Made by a program: the position numbers and the translations under genes | Notes under the pieces: generated by a model | Database searches by the model: none | What the model was told of the DNA's origin: nothing | What the model saw: the letters and a program-made list of their open reading frames with translations, nothing else | Shown here: piece by piece, positions 8,220 through 15,182 of the stretch | Layout: each line of letters starts with the position of its first letter | How positions within the stretch are numbered: the first letter of the stretch is position 1 | DNA from: Chlamydiota bacterium | GTDB lineage: Bacteria > Auribacterota > Tritonobacteria > UBA1439 | Reading direction: 5' to 3' | DNA length: 20,550 bases | Assembly: GCA_037133055.1 (NCBI GenBank) | Contig: JBAXOY010000049.1 | Location: 1 to 20,550 of the forward strand

Positions 8220-8351
8220 GGCTGGATAAATATACCATCACTTATGCGCAGGTGTAAACCTTATTATCCGATAATCCACCTCTCCCCTTACATGCTGGGC
8301 TAAGGGGAGTAGGGACGAGATTCCTGCCAAAGATCTGTAATAGCGCTGATA

Positions 8352-8397
8352 TGGATAAAATGTCGGAGATTGCGGAGAATATCCGACGTTATATCCA
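8352..8397. promoter_or_regulatory. Inverted repeat upstream of abiEi, candidate operator
   Basis: tggataaaatgtcgga-N14-tccgacgttatatcca, 14/16 match between arms. Confidence 0.45.
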
Positions 8398-8612
8398 GGG
8401 CGAGGAGGCTGATTTATGAAGGCCAAGATCTTCCTGCTATTAAGTGACAGGCAAGCCCAAGGGCATTTAACGCTGGATTCCCGCTTATGCGGGAATAACA
8501 GGCGCTGCGATTTTGGGCCGCCCCCAGCCCCCCTCTCATACCCTGGTTCCAAGGAGCAGAGGGAGTAGAAGAGAGGTGGCCGCAAAGGGCGCTAAGCCCT
8601 GGATTATGGAGG

Positions 8613-8706
8613 TTATCCTGCACAGAAGGCTCCCGATTCCTTCAGCATCTTGATTGATTGGAGCCAGTCGAGTATCTGGTTCCATCTGGAAATCACGTGG
8701 GCGCCA
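8613..8706 (-). other. att-like junction 3 with orphan recombinase-tail-like peptide
   Basis: GGTTC(8678)-N17-GGCGCCA(8700-8706). Minus strand reads ..SRWNQILDWLQSIKMLKESGAFCAG*. Confidence 0.65.
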
Positions 8707-8710
8707 GAGT

Positions 8711-8745
8711 AAGAGAGAGCCCCGCGCGAGGGCTCTCTCTTTTTT
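8711..8745 (+). terminator. Intrinsic terminator
   Basis: aagagagagccc-cgcgcga-gggctctctctt followed by a T tract. Confidence 0.85.
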
Positions 8746-8999
8746 ATGGGTGGGAAAGCACCAGGGCGAATGGATTCCGAAGCTGTAGTAAAGAGTAAAG
8801 GTTTGACCCCGCCCGGACTTTGCGGACTTTGCTATTGACGTTCAGACCCCGGACCCCGTTCATAGCCGATGTCGGACGCCCCAAAGTTTGCATCACAGGA
8901 ATGAACCACGTGGCTGCCGCAGGATTACAGCCGAATCTATTGACGCAAAGTCCGCATTTTGGTCCACTGGTAACATGCTGTTAACGCGAAAGTCTCCCT

Positions 9000-10430
9000 G
9001 TGAAACGATTCTTTATCTGTGCCTTGCTAGTCGCAATCACGATATTCACATCGTGTGCACGCCCAAGAGTTAAACCAGATGCTATTCAACCAATGAACCA
9101 CTCCACTCCCGTACATGCCACTCTGGACGATTGGATTGCACGCGAGGCGATTCCGTTTTCCGTCGATTCGCCGGCAACCTTCAATGCCGGTGTTGCAAAG
9201 ATTGTTGCCGATCGTGGCGATTCGGTGGAGTTGCTCGGCTTCGGAGAAACGCTTCACGGCGGCGAGGACATTCTCATCCTCCGCAACCGGCTCTTCCAGC
9301 GCCTGGTGGAGGCGCATGGCTACAGCGCCATTGCCGTCGAGAGCAGTTTCCCCCGGGCGCGCGCAGTGAACGAGTACGTGGCCGGTCGCGGCCCGGCATC
9401 GTACGAGGCTGTGCAGGAGAGCGGATTCAGCCACGGCTTCGGCCGGCTCGACGCGAATCGAGAACTCGTGGAGTGGATGCGGCGATACAATGTCGATCCT
9501 TCCCATCGCGTCAAACTCCGGTTCTACGGCTTCGACAGTCCGACCGAAATGATCGGCAGCGATAGTCCGCGGCAACTTCTGCATTTTGTTCTCGATTACC
9601 TCGCTTCGATTGATCCTGCCGGGGGCCGGGAGCATCGAGAACGCATCGACCCGCTTCTCGGCCGGGACGCCGATTGGGAGAACCCCGCTGCATCGATGGA
9701 CCCGACGAAGTCGGTAGGCCTGTCACCAGCCGCAACGGCGTTGCGGATCGAGACGGAGGACCTCATCACGGAACTGACCGTACGCCGCCCCGAATTGACG
9801 GCCAAGAGCGACGAGTCGCGGTATTCGGAGGCCCTCCATTACGCTTCGGTGGCCCGGCAGTTGCTGGACTATCACGCCGAGTTGGCGCGGAAGTCGGATA
9901 CACGGCTTGTCCGTCTTCTCGGCATTCGCGACGCGATGATGGCGGACAATCTGGCGTACATGGTGTCGCATGAGCGCGGCCGGGGGAAAGTGCTGGTATT
10001 CGCTCACAACAGCCATCTGCAGCGCGGGAAGGCACACTGGCAACTCGGCGCCGAGATGCTCGCATGGTGGCCGGCGGGAGCGCACCTCCATGAGATGTTC
10101 GGCCCGCGCTATGCCGTCATCGGCTCGGCAGTGGGCGTTTCCGAGGCGAATGGCATCGGCCCGCCCGAAGCCGGCACTCTTGAGGCGCGCCTGACCGCCG
10201 TGCCGGGGCCGGCGCTGTTCATTCCGACTCACAGAGGCCAAGGGCTTCCAGCCTCTGCAATCGCAGCTCTTCCGACTCGCTCCGGCAGCATGAAGAACCC
10301 GACCTACTTTGCACTCACCCCACAAAGCTTCACCGATTTCGACTGGCTGGCTGTCCTGGATTCAACGGCATACAACCGCGGTGGGCCGCCGCTGCAGCAA
10401 TGGGACGCTAGTGAGGTGTCCCGGAAATAA
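9000..10430 (+). CDS. Erythromycin esterase (Ere) family protein, possibly a lipoprotein
   Basis: Motifs LLGFGETLHG, RNRLFQRLVEAHGYSAIAVES, LRFYGFD, RDAMMADN and AHNSHLQR. N-terminal MKRFFICALLVAITIFTSC resembles a lipobox. Alternative ATG at 9093. Confidence 0.85.
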   Translation: MKRFFICALLVAITIFTSCARPRVKPDAIQPMNHSTPVHATLDDWIAREAIPFSVDSPATFNAGVAKIVADRGDSVELLGFGETLHGGEDILILRNRLFQRLVEAHGYSAIAVESSFPRARAVNEYVAGRGPASYEAVQESGFSHGFGRLDANRELVEWMRRYNVDPSHRVKLRFYGFDSPTEMIGSDSPRQLLHFVLDYLASIDPAGGREHRERIDPLLGRDADWENPAASMDPTKSVGLSPAATALRIETEDLITELTVRRPELTAKSDESRYSEALHYASVARQLLDYHAELARKSDTRLVRLLGIRDAMMADNLAYMVSHERGRGKVLVFAHNSHLQRGKAHWQLGAEMLAWWPAGAHLHEMFGPRYAVIGSAVGVSEANGIGPPEAGTLEARLTAVPGPALFIPTHRGQGLPASAIAALPTRSGSMKNPTYFALTPQSFTDFDWLAVLDSTAYNRGGPPLQQWDASEVSRK

Positions 10431-10444
10431 CCTGTCTTAATCAT

Positions 10445-10523
10445 GTCATCTCTGAAAGCGAAGCGACGAAGCAATCTATTGGGTGACAATGCGTTGAGAT
10501 TGCTTCGCTTTGGCTCCCAATGA
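10445..10523. repeat. Degenerate REP-like palindromic element
   Basis: gtcat...agcgaagcgacgaagcaatct ... agattgcttcgctt...caatga, with perfect 11-bp arms cgaagcaatct/agattgcttcg. Confidence 0.65.
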
Positions 10524-10560
10524 TCACAAAACAATTAGTAGGGCAGATTACGGGACGCTG

Positions 10561-10650
10561 AACAGCGGCTGCGACGGATGATTCTCTCAGGATATTCATC
10601 TCGCTCAGCCACTTGACAATCTGGTTCCAACCGGCAACCGTTTGAGTCGC
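10561..10650 (-). other. att-like junction 4 (distal island boundary) with orphan recombinase-tail-like peptide
   Basis: GGTTC(10623)-N18-GTCGC(10646-10650). Minus strand reads ATQTVAGWNQIVKWLSEMNILRESS. Confidence 0.65.
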
Positions 10651-10652
10651 TG

Positions 10653-10690
10653 AAAATAGAAAGAGCCCTTGCGAGGGCTCTTTCTATTTT
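10653..10690. terminator. Bidirectional intrinsic terminator
   Basis: Perfect 17-bp stem aaaatagaaagagccct-tgcg-agggctctttctatttt. Confidence 0.88.
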
Positions 10691-10719
10691 GGGACTGAGT
10701 GAGGCGGCGGGCGGCGAGG

Positions 10720-12822
10720 TTACCTGACGCCGCGCGTCCGTTCGGCGCTTTCGCGCCGTTCCCCCGGCGGCCTTTCGAGCCGGTATATGTCCGCGAAGTC
10801 GACCCCGTGCCTGCGCACCGAATAGACGCGGCGAAAGGGGTATTCCTTCAACAGGCAGTCCGTCTCCGCGAACCTCACCCGGTACGAGAGCGGCACCACC
10901 AGCCAGTCGACATCGGGAGGGTATGCGGTGTTGACGCGCATCCCCGGTCCGCCGCGGGGCATCATGCGCTTCAGGTAATAGTCCAGCTCGCCGGAAATGC
11001 CGAGCGCGTAGACCGCGTCGCCCTCCCGGAGATGCCGGCTCAGGTACTCGGCGGCTTCCTTCGATCCCACGCCGAACCCGATCGACAGGTTCCGCGCCGC
11101 GCCCGGCATCCCCCCGATGAAGACATTGGAGTACAGGTCATACGCCGGCGCGATCCTCGCAAGCGGTGCGACGAGGCAGGCGGCGACGACCGTCCCCGTG
11201 AGCGCCGCGGCCGTCTTCCACGTGATGCGCACGCCCCTCCTGCCCGCGAACGCCGCCAAGGCGTCGACCACGGCCGCGAAACCGACCGCCGCGATAACGC
11301 ACAGGAAGGGGATCGCGGGGTCGATGTAGCGAAAGCCCATCTTGGCGCCCCCGCTCATCGCCGCGATGAAGAGGAGCGGCGTGAGGAGGCATATCAGCAG
11401 CGGGCCGCCCGCGTCCCTGCGCCTCCACAGGTCGTCACAGGACCGCACAATCCCGGCGGCGAGGAGAAGGAGCATCACCGGGGGCGTCCGGATGCAGAGC
11501 ATGAACGCATAAAACCAGCGGGGCGGGGCGACAACGACCCGCCCCATCCAGTATTTCAAGTGTCCCGCGTCCGCGAAATGGGATATGGCCGCATAGTGGA
11601 GCACCTCATTGACCATCGGCTTCCTGAAAACCCTGATGAACAAGATGGAGGCGAGGACGAGGAGTGCGCCCCTGATAAGGGAGCGTGCGTTCCCTTCCCG
11701 CAGCAGCCGGAGTGCGGCCGCTGCGCCGAGGAAGCCCGCGGCGATCGCCGGCCATGGGAGGGATCCGACCGCATTGATGGTCCCGATAAGCGTCTCCGCC
11801 CCGGGCATCTCCTTGACAAACTGCCCCCAGGGGAGCTCCCGAGGATCGAGCCAGAGCCTTGTGAAGATCGTGAAATAGATCGTCAGCCCGACGCCCAGCC
11901 ATGCGAGGTCGCCCGCCTCCCAGAACCTGAGTTTCCCCCGGCGGTCGAGGAGGCGCGCGCCGCCCTTCCACGCTGCGATCATCACGGGAAGCAGCGAGGC
12001 GGGGGTCTTGGTGAGAAGCGCGAGCCCGAAGAAGACGCCGGAGGACAGTTTCCATCCAAGGCTCCCTCTCTCCGCGGAGATCACGTAGCAGAGCAGGGTG
12101 AGGAGAAAAAAGAGCGTGAGCACCGCATCGAGCATCGCCACGCGGGAGGAGGCGATATGCGGGGGATAGAGGGAGAGGAGTATGGCGGCCAAGAATGCGA
12201 TCTTCTCACCCAGGACGAGCCTGCCCAGGAGGTAGAGGAGAAGGCCGGTCGCGATCCCCGCGGCCGCGATGGGCAGGCGCCACGCCGCGATCGGGTCGAG
12301 GATCTCGAAGGAGAACGGCGATGTGCCTTTCCCCAGGTAGGTGTCGCCCGCCCCGATCATCGCCGCGGGGACGATCCCCGGGTGCCCGAGGGCGGACGTC
12401 GCCTTCATGAATTCGCGCGCGCGTACGTTGAAGACCAGCGCCCTCCCGCTGTTGCTCCAGAGCAGCTCGTCGGGGCTGAGGCTGTGCCCGGTGAGGTCCC
12501 AAAGGCGCGGGACTGCGGCGAGGCCGAGCACGATCGATGCGCGCAGGATCGTCGCCCGGTGCGCGCCGAACCATCGGGCGAGACGCTCGATCGGATCGGG
12601 ACGGCGCACGGCCGCCGCGAGGAGCAGCAGGACGAGGAGGGCGAAAAAGGGGGCCGGGAGGCGGGAGCAGGTCAGCTTCGCATTCCCGATGCCCAGGACG
12701 ACGCCCCCGACCCGCACCGCCGCTTGGCCGAACAGGAAAATGTACAGCATGAGAAAGGTGTCGAGCAGCGAGAGCGCGCCGACGCACACGACGACTCCCT
12801 TTCTCCATCTCGAAATCACCAT
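10720..12822 (-). CDS. Polytopic membrane glycosyltransferase, GT-C fold (ArnT/PMT-like)
   Basis: Many TM segments. RLWDLTGHSLSPDELLW acidic loop motif, GHPG, SRVAMLDAVLTLF, GLALLTK and RYIDPAIP. Confidence 0.8.
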   Translation of the reverse strand: MVISRWRKGVVVCVGALSLLDTFLMLYIFLFGQAAVRVGGVVLGIGNAKLTCSRLPAPFFALLVLLLLAAAVRRPDPIERLARWFGAHRATILRASIVLGLAAVPRLWDLTGHSLSPDELLWSNSGRALVFNVRAREFMKATSALGHPGIVPAAMIGAGDTYLGKGTSPFSFEILDPIAAWRLPIAAAGIATGLLLYLLGRLVLGEKIAFLAAILLSLYPPHIASSRVAMLDAVLTLFFLLTLLCYVISAERGSLGWKLSSGVFFGLALLTKTPASLLPVMIAAWKGGARLLDRRGKLRFWEAGDLAWLGVGLTIYFTIFTRLWLDPRELPWGQFVKEMPGAETLIGTINAVGSLPWPAIAAGFLGAAAALRLLREGNARSLIRGALLVLASILFIRVFRKPMVNEVLHYAAISHFADAGHLKYWMGRVVVAPPRWFYAFMLCIRTPPVMLLLLAAGIVRSCDDLWRRRDAGGPLLICLLTPLLFIAAMSGGAKMGFRYIDPAIPFLCVIAAVGFAAVVDALAAFAGRRGVRITWKTAAALTGTVVAACLVAPLARIAPAYDLYSNVFIGGMPGAARNLSIGFGVGSKEAAEYLSRHLREGDAVYALGISGELDYYLKRMMPRGGPGMRVNTAYPPDVDWLVVPLSYRVRFAETDCLLKEYPFRRVYSVRRHGVDFADIYRLERPPGERRESAERTRGVR

Positions 12823-13033
12823 CTCCTCCTTCCCGTGGGTTGAGTATAGATGAATACGTGGTTCTCCGCCATCCCGGAGCCGGCGGCGTCAAGCGGGGAG
12901 GGGGATCGTTCACCCCTTTCAACGGTTGACCTCCGTGCGCGGCGTGGCCCATAATCTGGTGCTTCCGGAACCGTCCCTTCCATTTGAAGCACCGGAAGCC
13001 GGGAGGTCCGGGGCGGACGTCGCCTGGAGGATC

Positions 13034-14215
13034 ATGGCCAAGATCGTCGTGCACGGATTCTACGGCGAAGGGAATCTCGGGGATGAAGCCATCCTCGATG
13101 CCCTGATCCGTGAGATGCGCCGCTTCCCGCGGGCGAGGCTGGTTGTCTTCTCCAAGTATCCGGACCGTGTGGCCGGGGAGCACGCGGTGAGGAGCGTGAG
13201 CGAGCAAGACAAGGGCCGCCGCCTGCGCCGGATGTGGGAGATGCTCACGAGCCGCCTGGTGGTGGTTGGGGGAGGGGGGCTGCTGAGGGACCTGGGCGAT
13301 GACCCCGCCAACGTCAGGAGGTGGCTCGGGATCATCCGCGCCGCACAGGGGCTGCGCCGGAAGACCGCCCTCTGGGACGTGGGAGCGGACGATATCCGTT
13401 TCCCGGAGTCGGCGGCGCTGATCCGGGAAACCCTGGCGCGCGCCGATTTCATCAGCGTGCGCGACGGGGATTCGAAAGATGTCCTGAGGTCTCTCGGCGT
13501 GGAAGGGGAGGTTATGGTCGCCGCCGATCCGGCGCTCCTGCTCGTCGAGCCCGGGGCGGCGAGAACGGCGGGGGACGCATCGCCCCTGAGGGTCATGGTG
13601 TCCGTGCGCCACTGGTTCCGAAGGGGGCTGTACATCGAGCGGGCCGATCTCAACGATTCGTTCCTTCGGGCACTGGGGCAGGCGCTCGATTTTCTGGTGG
13701 AGGAGTACGGCGCGACGGTCGATTTCATGCCCCTGAGAACGACGGGATACGACGACGACAGGTCCGTCGCCCGTGCGGTCATCGCCGGGATGAAAAATCA
13801 ACACCGCGTCTCGCTGATCGAATCCGTCCCGGGAGTGGACTGTCTCATCGGGGTGCTGCCCCGCTACGCGCTGACGATCGGGATGCGGCTCCACTCGCTC
13901 ATCCTCTCCGCGGGCTCGGGCGTTCCCGTCATCGGGCTGGAATATATGCCCAAGGTGAGGGGATTCATGAAGAGCATCGCGCAGGAGGAATACTCGCTCC
14001 CGCTCGAGACGATCTCGCGCGACGCGCTGGTCGACAGGATCACGGCAACCTTCGGGAGTTACGACGAGCGCCGCCGGCTCATCCGCGCCCGGATCTCCGC
14101 CCTCAGGGAAAAGGCGCGGGAGAGCGTGGAGATGCTGGCGGCGCTCGCGGGGCTCCGGACGGCGTCGCCGGATCCGTCGAGCCGGGGCCGCGCGCGGGAA
14201 GGAGCGGCCGGATGA
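13034..14215 (+). CDS. Polysaccharide pyruvyl transferase family protein (CsaB/WcaK-like)
   Basis: GGAGG RBS with ATG at 13034. Motifs GFYGEGNLGDEAIL, GGGGLLRD, ISVRDGDS, AADPALL and IGMRLHSLI. Confidence 0.9.
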   Translation: MAKIVVHGFYGEGNLGDEAILDALIREMRRFPRARLVVFSKYPDRVAGEHAVRSVSEQDKGRRLRRMWEMLTSRLVVVGGGGLLRDLGDDPANVRRWLGIIRAAQGLRRKTALWDVGADDIRFPESAALIRETLARADFISVRDGDSKDVLRSLGVEGEVMVAADPALLLVEPGAARTAGDASPLRVMVSVRHWFRRGLYIERADLNDSFLRALGQALDFLVEEYGATVDFMPLRTTGYDDDRSVARAVIAGMKNQHRVSLIESVPGVDCLIGVLPRYALTIGMRLHSLILSAGSGVPVIGLEYMPKVRGFMKSIAQEEYSLPLETISRDALVDRITATFGSYDERRRLIRARISALREKARESVEMLAALAGLRTASPDPSSRGRAREGAAG

Positions 14216-15087
14216 CCGCCCGGGGCGCCGAACTGGATCTGGAGGCCGCGCTGCGAAGGGCCGGGTGGGGCGCACGCCTCCAATCCTACCGCCGCCTCCT
14301 CGCGGGGGCGAGCCGCTCCGCCGCGGCGGACGCTCCGCGCATCTCGATCGTGGTGATCGCATGGAGGCTCAATCCGGATACCGTGAAGAGCTTCCGGGTA
14401 CTTCAGTCGCAGCCCGCCGCCTCCGAACTGATATTCGTGAACAACGGGGCCGGGGAGCGGGAGTTCGACGTTTTGGAACCGTTCGCCGACGTGTCCGTGC
14501 GGCTGCGCGCCAACGCCGGGGCGTGCGGCGGACGGAATCTCGGCGCGGCCTTCGCGCGGGCCCCGCTCCTGCTTTTCCTGGAGGATGACGGGATTCCTTC
14601 CCCCGGTCTTGTGGCGGCGCACCTGGACGCGTTCAGGAAGTACGACGTCATCGCGGTGAGGGGCGTGATCACGGCGAAGACGGACAACCCGCTCAACCGC
14701 CTGGCGGCGCACTACTATCTCGGGGACAGGCCGTTTCCGGTCTTTGCCGATATCGAGGGCAATACCTCGTACAACGCGGAACTCTTCTATCGCGCCGGCG
14801 GATGGGACGAGCAGCTCCGGTACGGCAGGGAGGGGCTGGAGCTCTCGCGGCGTCTGACGGAGCTGGAGCCGGACAGGAGGAAGCAGATCTATGCCCCGGG
14901 GCCGCTCCTTTCCCACGACTATGCCCCGGACGAGGCGCACCTCGAAATCAAGCTGGCGCGGCACAGGAGGGCGACAACGCTCCTGCGCGCGAGATACCCG
15001 GACTATGACGAGTATCTCGCGAGCTGGGACCGGTATCGCGGGCGGGACGATCTGCTCATCAGGCGGGCGGCCCCTGAAACGGCATGA
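14212..15087 (+). CDS. Glycosyltransferase family 2
   Basis: ATGA overlap with the upstream gene. Motifs ISIVVIAW, ELIFVNNG, NAGACGGRNLGA, LLFLEDD and GGWDE. Confidence 0.85.
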   Translation: MTARGAELDLEAALRRAGWGARLQSYRRLLAGASRSAAADAPRISIVVIAWRLNPDTVKSFRVLQSQPAASELIFVNNGAGEREFDVLEPFADVSVRLRANAGACGGRNLGAAFARAPLLLFLEDDGIPSPGLVAAHLDAFRKYDVIAVRGVITAKTDNPLNRLAAHYYLGDRPFPVFADIEGNTSYNAELFYRAGGWDEQLRYGREGLELSRRLTELEPDRRKQIYAPGPLLSHDYAPDEAHLEIKLARHRRATTLLRARYPDYDEYLASWDRYRGRDDLLIRRAAPETA

Positions 15088-15182
15088 GGCGCGCGCCCGC
15101 GCATGATCGATCCGCCCCGGCGCCCGCCGCTCCGGCCCGCCGATAAAATGTCCGGACTCAGTATTCCGGGCGTGACCCCGGA

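Larger units (their letters stand above)
3332..10650. mobile_element. tRNA-Glu-anchored genomic island of four tandem cassettes; no integrase within it
   Basis: Four junctions repeat the tRNA 3' end (GTCGCCA at 4972 and 6538, GGCGCCA at 8700, GTCGC at 10646), each followed by a hairpin. Cargo is accessory, and GC visibly rises after 10690. Confidence 0.75.

Noticed and set aside
8238..8623. Small ORFs upstream of abiEi
   Set aside because: No recognisable motifs or RBS; treated as intergenic.
8800..8882. Short repeats (GACCCC x3, ggactttgc x2)
   Set aside because: Too short and irregular to assign. Possibly a transposon-end scar, but no transposase is present.
3332..10650. Classical integron
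   Set aside because: No IntI tyrosine recombinase and no attC RYYYAAC...GTTRRRY structure. The junction cores match the tRNA end instead.
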